From assembly GCA_963826185.1 (NCBI GenBank), contig CAWGVY010000002.1, positions 18,705 through 82,704 on the forward strand: DNA of 64,000 nucleotides, in the 5' to 3' direction. Of the stretch, positions 18,754-26,757 are shown in pieces. Origin of the DNA: an uncultured Actinomycetes bacterium (GTDB lineage: Bacteria; Actinomycetota; UBA4738; HRBIN12). The position numbers and the translations under genes are program-made. The notes beneath the pieces were generated by a model. It was not told the DNA's origin, did not search any database, and saw nothing but the letters and a program-made list of their open reading frames with translations. Positions within the stretch are counted from its first letter, which is position 1, and each line of letters opens with the position of its first letter.

Positions 18754-19647
18754 GTGGAGGGTGCCCACGTGAAGGTCAGGAAAGCGGTGATCCCCGCCGC
18801 CGGGCTCGGGACACGGTTCCTTCCGGCGACCAAGGCGCAACCCAAAGAGATGCTGCCGGTCGTCGACACCCCCGCGATCCAGCTGGTCGTCGAGGAGGCC
18901 GTCCGGGCGGGTCTCACCGACATCCTGATCATCACGGGCCGGAACAAGCGATCCATCGAGAACCACTTCGACCGCAACGTCGAGCTGGAGTTGTTCCTCG
19001 AGGAGAAGGGGAAGTTCGACGACCTGAAGATGGTGCGCGGGCTCTCCGAGATGGCGGACATCCATTTCATCCGACAGGGCGAGGCGTTGGGGCTGGGGCA
19101 CGCGGTGAGCATCGCCGAGCCGCATGTGGGAGGGGAGCCGTTCGCCGTCCTCCTGGGCGACGATCTGATCCACGAGTCCGTGCCGCTGCTCCCCGAGATG
19201 CTGCGTGTGCACGAGAAGTACGGGCGGAGCGTCCTGGCCGCCCAGGAGGTCTCGAAGGACGAGATCTCGCTCTACGGGTGCATCACGCCGGAGTTCGTGG
19301 ACGAGAACCTGGCGCGCGTGATCTCGGTGATCGAGAAGCCCTCTCCAGAGGAGGCCCCTTCTAACCTCGCGGCGATCGGTCGCTACGTGTTCACCCCGGA
19401 GATCTTCCCGGCGATCCGCCAGACGAAGCCGGGCCGTGGCGACGAGATCCAGCTCACCGACGCGATCAATCTGCTCGCGCAGGAGCAGGCGGTGTACGCC
19501 TTCACCTTCGACCACGGTCGCTACGACGTGGGCAACAAGCTGGACTACCTCAAGGCCACGGTCGAGATGGCGATCGAGCGCGATGACGTTGGACCCGCGT
19601 TCCGCAGCTACCTTGCCGATCTGGTCCAGCGAAAGAAGCTCGTCTGA
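18754..19647 (+). CDS. galU: UTP--glucose-1-phosphate uridylyltransferase
   Basis: ORF 18754..19647(+): KAVIPAAGLGTRFLPATKAQPKEMLPVVD, LGDD, VEKP motifs. Start is GTG 18754 or GTG 18769. Confidence 0.9.
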   Translation: MEGAHVKVRKAVIPAAGLGTRFLPATKAQPKEMLPVVDTPAIQLVVEEAVRAGLTDILIITGRNKRSIENHFDRNVELELFLEEKGKFDDLKMVRGLSEMADIHFIRQGEALGLGHAVSIAEPHVGGEPFAVLLGDDLIHESVPLLPEMLRVHEKYGRSVLAAQEVSKDEISLYGCITPEFVDENLARVISVIEKPSPEEAPSNLAAIGRYVFTPEIFPAIRQTKPGRGDEIQLTDAINLLAQEQAVYAFTFDHGRYDVGNKLDYLKATVEMAIERDDVGPAFRSYLADLVQRKKLV

Positions 19648-19679
19648 GGCCCGATCCGGAGCCTCTGTAGACTCCGGGC

Positions 19680-20945
19680 ATGGCCAACGCTCATGCCGCC
19701 GTGCACGACCACGACTCAGGTGATGGATTGGTCCCGGTGGACGAAGCGCGGGAGCGGGTGCTCTCGGCCGTCAAGCCGTTGGCACCGTTGGAACTGCCGC
19801 TGACCGACGCCTTCGGGTGCGTGGTCGCGCAGGACATGGTCGCCGCCATCGACCTGCCGGAGTTCCCTTCATCGGCGATGGACGGTTTCGCCATCCGCGC
19901 TGCGGATACCGCCGCCGCATCCCCCCAGAGCGCCGTGGAACTCCGCATCGTGGGCCGATCGATGATCGGTCACCGCCCCGAGGCGACCGTCGGGATCGGT
20001 GAGGCGGTGGAGATCGCCACGGGGGCCCCCATACCGGCGGGCGCCGACGCCATCGTTCCGGTGGAGAACAGCGAGAAGGCGAACGAGACGGTCCGTCTCT
20101 TCCAGGCGCCCGCACCGGGCACCCACGTCCGCCCGGCGGGCGAAGACGTGAAGACCGGCCAGGTCCTGGTGGAGCGCGGCAAGCGCCTTGGTCCGCCCGA
20201 GCTGGGCCTGCTCGCGAACGCCGGACACCCCACCCCGCTGGTCCACCCGCGTCCGCGGGTGGTGGTGTTGTCCACCGGCGATGAGCTGATCCCACCTACC
20301 GAGACCCCCGAGTTCGGTCAGGTGCGCGATTCCAACGCGTTCACGATCTTCGGAGCGTTGCGTGATGCGGGCGCCATGCCGGTGCTCGCGGGGATCGTCC
20401 GTGACGACGTCGAGCAGCTGAAGGAAACGGTGCTCGACTACGTGATCCAAGCCGACGCCTTCATCTCGTCGGGAGGTGTGAGCGTGGGCGAGCGCGACGT
20501 CGTGAAGGCCGCCTTCTTCCGGCGGGGGGACATCGCCTTCTACAAGGTGGCCATGCAGCCCGGGATGCCGCAGGGGTTCGGCCACATCGAGGGCAAGCCG
20601 TACTGGGGGTTGCCCGGGAACCCCGTCAGCGTCTTCGTGAGCTTCGAGCAGTTCGTCCGGCCCGCGATCTTGAAGATGATGGGACGCACCCAGTTGGCGC
20701 GTCCCGAGGTCACGGCCACCCTCACGCAGGACGTGGCCGGTCCTGTGGGCAAACTGCAGTTCGCGCGGGTGCTCGTGGAGCGCACGCGAGAGGGGTGGCG
20801 CGCCACGCCCACCGGCGCCCGAGGGTCGAACCTGATCTCCACGGTGTCCCGCGCGAACGGTCTGGCGATGATCCCCCCCGGCATCGAGGTGGCGCCCGCC
20901 GGCTCTCCCGTCCGCGTCCAGGTGTTCCGCGCACCAGAGGACTGA
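19680..20945 (+). CDS. moeA: Molybdopterin molybdotransferase MoeA (gephyrin-like; possible Glp role)
   Basis: ORF 19680..20945(+): FPSSAMDGFA, STGDEL, SSGGVSVGERD, GLPGNPVS motifs of MoeA/gephyrin E-domain. Confidence 0.9.
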   Translation: MANAHAAVHDHDSGDGLVPVDEARERVLSAVKPLAPLELPLTDAFGCVVAQDMVAAIDLPEFPSSAMDGFAIRAADTAAASPQSAVELRIVGRSMIGHRPEATVGIGEAVEIATGAPIPAGADAIVPVENSEKANETVRLFQAPAPGTHVRPAGEDVKTGQVLVERGKRLGPPELGLLANAGHPTPLVHPRPRVVVLSTGDELIPPTETPEFGQVRDSNAFTIFGALRDAGAMPVLAGIVRDDVEQLKETVLDYVIQADAFISSGGVSVGERDVVKAAFFRRGDIAFYKVAMQPGMPQGFGHIEGKPYWGLPGNPVSVFVSFEQFVRPAILKMMGRTQLARPEVTATLTQDVAGPVGKLQFARVLVERTREGWRATPTGARGSNLISTVSRANGLAMIPPGIEVAPAGSPVRVQVFRAPED

Positions 20946-20950
20946 TCACG

Positions 20951-21430
20951 GTGGGCTCGCAGCAAGCCGGCGCTGATGGGGTCACCCGGATCATCGAGGT
21001 CGGCGCGAAGCCCGAGACCGAACGCACAGCGGTGGCCGAGTGCTGGGTGTCTATGACCTCCGAGGCCGTCGGAAACCTCCTCGCCGGCACGAGGAAGGGA
21101 TCACCCATCGAGACCGCGAAGATCGCCGGCGTGATCGGCGTGAAGGAAACGCCACGGCTGTTGCCGCACTGCCACCCGATCCGCGTGACGGGGGCCGAGA
21201 TCGTGATCGAGCCCGACCCGGCCGCAGGCCGCATCCGTGTCGAGGCCACCGTCCGCGCCATCGATCGGACCGGGGTGGAGATGGAGGCACTCACCGCCGC
21301 CGCCGTCTCCGCACTGAGCCTCTACGACACGGCCAAGGCGTTCGACCGTGCATCGCGGATCGATGGACTTCGTCTGTTGTCGAAATCGGGCGGAAAGTCC
21401 GGTGACTACCGGGCCGAGCCCTCAGCCTGA
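20951..21430 (+). CDS. moaC: Cyclic pyranopterin monophosphate synthase MoaC
   Basis: GTG 20951 within ORF 20795..21430: KGSPIETAKIAGVIGVKETPRLLPHCHPI...DRTGVEMEALTAAAVSALSLYD. Confidence 0.85.
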   Translation: MGSQQAGADGVTRIIEVGAKPETERTAVAECWVSMTSEAVGNLLAGTRKGSPIETAKIAGVIGVKETPRLLPHCHPIRVTGAEIVIEPDPAAGRIRVEATVRAIDRTGVEMEALTAAAVSALSLYDTAKAFDRASRIDGLRLLSKSGGKSGDYRAEPSA

Positions 21431-21541
21431 AGCGCTCGGACGGCCTACCGCATACGTCCTACCGGGTCCGGGGTAACGGGACGTGACGGGAACACGGCTT
21501 GTGAAAAAGTGCTTCGGATCCTTTCGATGTGATTGAGAGCC

Positions 21542-21584
21542 CCTAGATGTGGTGCTAGCTTCCAGTTCCAGCCTAGATGTTGTG
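21542..21584 (+). promoter_or_regulatory. Direct repeat CCTAGATGT(G/T)GTG x2, 30-nt period, in a low-GC leader
   Basis: Read directly: 21542-21554 and 21572-21584, in the 190-nt moaC to SepX/GlpR-like intergenic region, which is visibly lower in GC. Confidence 0.35.
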
Positions 21585-21620
21585 TACGAACCGGGATCGA
21601 ACACCGACGGGAGGCTGGGT

Positions 21621-22205
21621 TTGGAGTGGCTGCTCCTGGCCGCGTTAGGCATCATGTGGGCGGCGTTCCTAATGCCCTCCGGACGTCGCAGGCACTCGCC
21701 GGACGCGAGCGTCCTTGACTTCGAACGCAGGATGGAGCTCTTGGCACAGGCGGAAGTTCAGGGAACCAGCGGTCGCTGGATCGTGACCCCTCGTAAGGGC
21801 GTGCGCTTCGTCGGCACGGCCGAGCGCAAGCGGGCGCGCGCCCGCGAGCGCCGCAAACAGGTGTTCACGTTCCTGTTGGAGGCCATCGGCCTCACGTTCA
21901 TCATCGGGCTGGTGCCACCGCTGCGGGTGATGTGGACGGTCAGCATGATCCTGGGCGGGATCCTCCTGCTATACGTCTGGCTCTTGCTCTCCATGAAGCA
22001 CCGGGCGGACTCGCCCGCGCACGAGAAGGCGCGTGCCGCGAAGGCGCCAACCCAGCGCGTCGCTCCCATGGCGGCCGCCCAGCGGTATGTCGCCGAAGGA
22101 CGGAGCACCCTGGCACGTTCCACGTTCAACGGCCTGGGCGCCGTCGACGAGAGCGACCGCGTGCATGTCGTCGTGCGACCGGCCGGCCAGATGGTCCACG
22201 CGTAG
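21621..22205 (+). CDS. Membrane protein, SepX/GlpR-like (candidate gephyrin-like-protein receptor)
   Basis: TTG 21621 is preceded by GGGAGG 6 nt upstream. N-terminal TM LEWLLLAALGIMWAAFLMPSGRRR, then a basic linker and two C-terminal TMs. It sits downstream of galU-moeA as in Actinobacteria. Track start 21549 was rejected because codons 21549-21620 are AT-rich at third positions. Confidence 0.5.
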   Translation: MEWLLLAALGIMWAAFLMPSGRRRHSPDASVLDFERRMELLAQAEVQGTSGRWIVTPRKGVRFVGTAERKRARARERRKQVFTFLLEAIGLTFIIGLVPPLRVMWTVSMILGGILLLYVWLLLSMKHRADSPAHEKARAAKAPTQRVAPMAAAQRYVAEGRSTLARSTFNGLGAVDESDRVHVVVRPAGQMVHA

Positions 22206-22217
22206 CGTCCACACCGC

Positions 22218-22856
22218 GTGGACCTCGACGATCTCACCACCCAGCTCCATGCTCGCTTCGACGCGAAGAACGCCGCTCGCGAACGGGCCATCCCTGCGGC
22301 TCGTCGGTCGATCCGCGCGAGTGCGAACGCGATCCGCGCCGTGCACCGCGGGGAGTTCGAACGTGCCGGGGAGCTGATCGCGGAGTCGCGCTCCGCCCTG
22401 CGGGAGGGTATCGATGCCGTCGTCGACCATCCGGACGTGCGGTTCGCCGGCTATCTCCAAGACGCCCAGAAGGAGTACGCGGAGGCGAACATCACCTTCG
22501 CGCTGGTCGCGGCGGAGCCGCTCCCGTCACCCACGGAGCTGGGCGTCGAGGACGCGCCCTATCTCAACGGCATGGCGGAGGCGATCGGCGAAGGGCGGAG
22601 GTTCGTGCTGGACACGTTACGAACCGGCGACGTCGCCCGGGCCGAGGCGATGCTGGGGGCGATGGAGGATCTCTACGGGGTGCTGGTGACGATCGACTAT
22701 CCGGACGCTCTCACCTTGAACCTGCGGCGATCCACCGACGTGGCGCGTTCGCTCATCGAGAAGACGCGTGGTGATCTCTCGATCGGCCTCGTGCAACGCG
22801 ATCTCGAGGACGCCTTGGAGCGGCACGCGCGACAGGTGGGAAGCGGCCCGAGCTAG
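22218..22856 (+). CDS. Translin/TRAX-family protein
   Basis: ORF 22218..22856(+): all-helical. AQKEYAEA acidic pair and YLNGMAEAIGEGRR (resembling the Y..G..D..GEL.R pattern I associate with translin/TRAX). Confidence 0.65.
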   Translation: MDLDDLTTQLHARFDAKNAARERAIPAARRSIRASANAIRAVHRGEFERAGELIAESRSALREGIDAVVDHPDVRFAGYLQDAQKEYAEANITFALVAAEPLPSPTELGVEDAPYLNGMAEAIGEGRRFVLDTLRTGDVARAEAMLGAMEDLYGVLVTIDYPDALTLNLRRSTDVARSLIEKTRGDLSIGLVQRDLEDALERHARQVGSGPS

Positions 22857-23527
22857 CGATCGCGGCGCGCGACGCGGCGGCGGTCCCAGATCCGCGCCGC
22901 GCGCGTGAGGGTGCCGATCCTCTGGGGCGACGGCAGGATCTCCTCGGGCAACAGGCGGACCCCGTAGGCATCCAACAGGGCACCCTGCACGAGGTCGGCA
23001 TCCAAGCGGTCGACCGGGTCCTTCACCCGGTCCTGGTGGACGGCGCAGCTCGGGCTGAGCTCTTCGTCACGATGCACGAGCACGACGCTGGGGTCGGCGG
23101 GCCAGTCACCGATGCGGATGCACCAGGGACAGGTCAGGCGGAGTCGCGACGGATAGGCGTATTCGGCCCGCCACCCCTTCGTGTGTTCGATCACGCGTCC
23201 CCACAGGGCGACCTGACCCACCACCGCCGCAGGTCCGCCCGGCCGGACCAGCGCCGCCGGGTCGCTCGCCGCGTGGTAGCCACAGGTGCAGAACTTGTCC
23301 GGACTCCGGTGGGGCACCCCGTCGGGGTCCAGCTCGGCGTACAGGCGGGTGTGCGACCCGCTGCATGTGGCGGCGGGCGCTCGGCCCGGCTCCCACACCG
23401 CCCGTGGGGTGGTGGGGGCAAGGCGCGGCCCGCGACCGCTGCGCGTCAGCCGCCACGCGCGGAACCCCAGGATCGCCTCGTCGGAACGATCGATCGGGAG
23501 TTGCCCGGGGGTGGTCCATCGGCCCAT
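22853..23527 (-). CDS. Cys-rich hypothetical protein
   Basis: ORF 22853..23527(-): FCTCGYHA, LTCPWC and SPSCAVH cysteine clusters. No family recognised. Shares a CTAG stop overlap with the convergent translin-like gene. Confidence 0.5.
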   Translation of the reverse strand: MGRWTTPGQLPIDRSDEAILGFRAWRLTRSGRGPRLAPTTPRAVWEPGRAPAATCSGSHTRLYAELDPDGVPHRSPDKFCTCGYHAASDPAALVRPGGPAAVVGQVALWGRVIEHTKGWRAEYAYPSRLRLTCPWCIRIGDWPADPSVVLVHRDEELSPSCAVHQDRVKDPVDRLDADLVQGALLDAYGVRLLPEEILPSPQRIGTLTRAARIWDRRRVARRDR

Positions 23528-23576
23528 CAGATGTCTCCAGGCCAGGGTACGACGCCTGCTACGCTGAGGCCGACAC

Positions 23577-23653
23577 GGGGGTGTAGCTCAGCCCGGTAGA
23601 GCGCTGCCTTCGCACGGCAGAGGCCAGGGGTTCAAGTCCCCTCACCTCCACCA
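23577..23653 (+). tRNA. tRNA-Ala (anticodon CGC), CCA encoded
   Basis: Folded by hand. Acceptor GGGGGTG/CACCTCC with the G3:U70 Ala identity pair, D-stem GCTC/GAGC, anticodon stem CTGCC/GGCAG with loop TTCGCAC, T-arm AGGGG-TTCAAGT-CCCCT, 3' ACCA. Confidence 0.95.
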
Positions 23654-23700
23654 CCAGCTCGCACTTCAGGTTCACCCCCAACGCGCCGAAGCCTTTCGAC

Positions 23701-24198
23701 ATGGACTCGAAGAAGATCTCTTTCGCGGCGGTTGCGGTGAGCGTGGCCGGGTTGTTCGGAGCCCTGGCGACCTTCCTGACGTGGTGGACGTACCAGGCCG
23801 GGCTGAAGGGTGGCTCGTCCGTCGACGTCTCGATCAAGGGCGTCAGCAACTGGACCGGCCAGGTGGCTGCGGTAGCCGGGTTCGCGGCCCTCGTGTTCGG
23901 CGCCGCCAGCATCCTGATGAACGATTCCAGTCTCGAGCGGATCTTCCTCATCGGGATGGCCGTGGCCTCGGTGATCCTGACCGGCGCCGCCCTGATCGGC
24001 GCCCTCTCGATGGACTCGATCGTTCAGAGCTCGGGAGGGCCCGTGGACGTGGTATCGGCCTCGCGAGGCGTGGGACTGCTGGTCACCCTCCTCGCCGGTG
24101 TGGTGGCGTTCGCCGGTTCCCTGTCGCTGGGAGCGGCCGCCCAGGCCGCCGACGCCTCCGCCGAGGAGCCGGTGCAGGAGGCCGCTGAAGCCGGGTAG
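23701..24198 (+). CDS. Integral membrane protein (4 TM), function unknown
   Basis: ORF 23701..24198(+): four hydrophobic segments and an acidic tail. Confidence 0.6.
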   Translation: MDSKKISFAAVAVSVAGLFGALATFLTWWTYQAGLKGGSSVDVSIKGVSNWTGQVAAVAGFAALVFGAASILMNDSSLERIFLIGMAVASVILTGAALIGALSMDSIVQSSGGPVDVVSASRGVGLLVTLLAGVVAFAGSLSLGAAAQAADASAEEPVQEAAEAG

Positions 24199-24208
24199 CC
24201 TTCCCCGC

Positions 24209-25456
24209 GTGCAGACCACCGACGCACGCACCTGGTGGGAACGGCCCGGGCTCGACGTCCGCGCCGGACGCCTCGCGATCGCCGGACGCGACGCTGAGGC
24301 GCTCGCGCACGAGCACGGCACCCCTCTGTTCGTCTACGACCTGACCGAAGCCCGGGATCAAGCGCGGGCGCTCCAGGAGGCGCTGTCGGCCACCGGTCTC
24401 GATCACCGCGTCCGGTACGCGATGAAGGCGCAACGCGAGCCGGCGTTCCTGGCCGCGTTGCGTTCCCTTGGCCCACCCGGTTCGCCCGAGAGCGTCGGTA
24501 TCGACGTCTGTTCGCCGGCGGAGCTCGAGTACGCGCTCGCTCACGGGTTCACGGTCGAGGAGATCAGCTACACGGGGACGAACCTGTCCGAGCGCGACCT
24601 CGACCGGATCCTCCCCACGGGCTGCCACGTGAACGTCGACCTGTTCTCTCAGCTCGAGCGGGTGGGGCGGCGCGCACGCGGACGGACCATCGGCCTCCGC
24701 GTGAACCCGCGGTCGGGTGCGTCGCGGGAGACCGCCGGCGAGACGAAGTACGCGGGGACGCGGCCCACGAAGTTCGGCGTCTACCCGGAGCGTCTGGACG
24801 AGGCCGTGGAGGTGGCGAGCCGGTTCGCCATGACGATCGACACCGTCCACGTGCATTCTGGCTACCTCTACTTCGACGACCAATTGCCGGCGGTCGACGA
24901 GACGATGCGGCGCGTGGCCGAGATGACCGCCCGCCTCCAGGCCTTGGGCTGTCCCATCATCGAGGTCAACACCGGCGGTGGATTGGGCGTGCCGTTCCGG
25001 CCGGACGACCGCCCGCTGGACCTCACCGCGTGGGCGGCGATCATGCAGAGGCATTTCGGGTCGCTGGGCGTCGCGGTGGCCACCGAGCCGGGTGACTTCA
25101 TCGCGAAGCGCAGCGGGACCCTGCTGGCCGAGATCGTGACCGTGGAGGACCGCGACGGCGCGACCTTCGTCGGGGTGGACGCGGGGTGGAACCTGGCCTG
25201 CGAGCACTTCGCCTACGACATCCCGTTCCACCCGATCCTGTGCCGGGCTGCCGATGCGTCCGCTGCCGGGTCGGTCACGATCTCCGGCAACATCAACGAG
25301 GGAGATGACCTCTTCGCCGAGGAGTGGTCGATGCCGGAGATGCACGAGGGGGATGTGATCGCCCTCCCCAACGTCGGTTCGTACAACGCGGCCATGACCT
25401 CGGCCCATTGCCTGCGCGAGCCGGCAGCGGCGGTCTGCTTCGACGACCGCGTGTGA
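24209..25456 (+). CDS. PLP-dependent decarboxylase, Orn/DAP/Arg decarboxylase family (LysA-like)
   Basis: GTG 24209 within ORF 24098..25456: YAMKAQ (PLP-Lys), HVHSGY, GGGLGVP, EPGDF, GSYNAAM motifs. Confidence 0.8.
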   Translation: MQTTDARTWWERPGLDVRAGRLAIAGRDAEALAHEHGTPLFVYDLTEARDQARALQEALSATGLDHRVRYAMKAQREPAFLAALRSLGPPGSPESVGIDVCSPAELEYALAHGFTVEEISYTGTNLSERDLDRILPTGCHVNVDLFSQLERVGRRARGRTIGLRVNPRSGASRETAGETKYAGTRPTKFGVYPERLDEAVEVASRFAMTIDTVHVHSGYLYFDDQLPAVDETMRRVAEMTARLQALGCPIIEVNTGGGLGVPFRPDDRPLDLTAWAAIMQRHFGSLGVAVATEPGDFIAKRSGTLLAEIVTVEDRDGATFVGVDAGWNLACEHFAYDIPFHPILCRAADASAAGSVTISGNINEGDDLFAEEWSMPEMHEGDVIALPNVGSYNAAMTSAHCLREPAAAVCFDDRV

Positions 25457-25484
25457 TCCGACGGCTGCATCCGAGCGCGGCGGT

Positions 25485-26753
25485 ATGCTCCGCGGCATGT
25501 CTCCCGCGCCAGCAGATCGCACCGTCGTCCGTGCCGGCCGCCTGATCGACGTCGAGGCAGGTGAGGTCCTCACCGACCAAGCGATCGCGATCGAAGGGGA
25601 CCGGATCGCGTCCGTCGGATCCTTCGCGGATCCGGTGGACGATGCGACGCTGATCGATCTGTCTTCGTGCACGGTGCTGCCCGGCCTCATGGACATGCAC
25701 GCGCACATGGTGGGCAACGTGGAGGGGAGCGAGACCTACGCCGCCCTGGCGATGCGCAGTGGAGCCCAGGAGGCGATGACGGGCGTGCGCAACGCGCGGG
25801 ACACCGTGATGGCAGGGTTCACCACGGTGCGCGACATCGGGACGTTCCGGGCGTTCGTGGATCTGGCGCTGCGCGATGCGATCGATGCGGGCTGGACGCC
25901 GGGACCCAGGATGTTGTGCGCCGGCCCCTTCGTCACGTCTTCGCAGGGGGGCGGCGATATCCCGGGCCTCGCCGTGGACGTCGACGAGCGGCTGCCCAGG
26001 GATCTTCGTTTCGGTGTCGCGAACTCCGCGGACGAGGTCCGTGCGGTCGTGCGCGAGATCCTGCACCGCGGCGCGGGATTCATCAAGGTGATCGCCACCG
26101 GCGCGGTCCTCACCGAAGGCACCACGCCCGGTGCCCCTGAGTTCAGCGAAGACGAGATCCGCGCCGCGGTGGAGGAGGCGTCGTACTACCACGCCCACGT
26201 GGCGGCGCACGCGCACGGCGCCGAAGGGATCAAACGGGCCGTCCGGGCCGGCGTGCGTTCGATCGAGCATGGGTCGTTGATGGACGACGAGGCGATCGCG
26301 TTGATGCTCGAGCACGGGACCTACCTGGTCGCCGACATCTACAACGGCGACTGGATCAACGAGATCGGCGGTCGGGATGGGTGGTCGCCCAACTCCCTGC
26401 GGAAGAACCGCGAGACGACCGATGCCCAGCGCGAGGGGTTCGCGAAGGCGCTGGCGGCCGGGGTGACCATCGCTTACGGCACCGACTCCGGCGTGTATCC
26501 GCACCGATTCGTAGGCCGGCAGTTCGCCTACATGGTGCGCCACGGGATGACGACGATGCAGGCGATCCAAAGTGCCACGACCGTGAGCGCCGAACTGATG
26601 GGCTGGCAGGCAGACGTGGGCGCCCTGTCGCCGGGACGGTACGCGGACCTGGTGGCCGTGGACGGAGATCCGCTCGAGGACATCGGGCTATTGGAGGAGG
26701 TCACCTTCGTGATGAAGGGCGGCACCGTGGTGCGCTCAACTGTAGACTGTTGA
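25485..26753 (+). CDS. Amidohydrolase-family metal-dependent hydrolase
   Basis: ORF 25485..26753(+): LPGLMDMHAHM, AHAHG, SIEHG, YGTDSG metal-ligand motifs. Confidence 0.8.
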   Translation: MLRGMSPAPADRTVVRAGRLIDVEAGEVLTDQAIAIEGDRIASVGSFADPVDDATLIDLSSCTVLPGLMDMHAHMVGNVEGSETYAALAMRSGAQEAMTGVRNARDTVMAGFTTVRDIGTFRAFVDLALRDAIDAGWTPGPRMLCAGPFVTSSQGGGDIPGLAVDVDERLPRDLRFGVANSADEVRAVVREILHRGAGFIKVIATGAVLTEGTTPGAPEFSEDEIRAAVEEASYYHAHVAAHAHGAEGIKRAVRAGVRSIEHGSLMDDEAIALMLEHGTYLVADIYNGDWINEIGGRDGWSPNSLRKNRETTDAQREGFAKALAAGVTIAYGTDSGVYPHRFVGRQFAYMVRHGMTTMQAIQSATTVSAELMGWQADVGALSPGRYADLVAVDGDPLEDIGLLEEVTFVMKGGTVVRSTVDC

Positions 26754-26756
26754 CAC
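26736..26756 (+). promoter_or_regulatory. Candidate GntR-type operator A: TCAACTGTAGACTGTTGACAC
   Basis: Two ACTGT repeats plus TTGACA. Overlaps the amidohydrolase stop and lies 2 nt before the TTG start at 26758. Shares ACTGTYGAC with sites at 32092, 39952 and (degenerate) 43055. Confidence 0.4.
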
Positions 26757-26757
26757 T

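Noticed and set aside
21549-21620. Track start (21549) for the SepX/GlpR-like gene
   Set aside because: Codons in this stretch (cta gct tcc agt tcc agc cta gat gtt) lack the GC3 bias of real genes here and overlap the direct-repeat element. TTG 21621 has a proper GGGAGG RBS.
24083-26570. 544-aa and 425-aa minus-strand ORFs (24083..25717, 25293..26570)
   Set aside because: They are antisense shadows of the PLP decarboxylase and amidohydrolase genes, which carry complete catalytic motifs on the plus strand.
23577-26753. Genomic island integrated at tRNA-Ala
   Set aside because: There is no integrase or recombinase, I saw no direct repeat of the tRNA 3' end downstream, and there is no compositional break. 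The flanking genes look like ordinary chromosomal metabolism.
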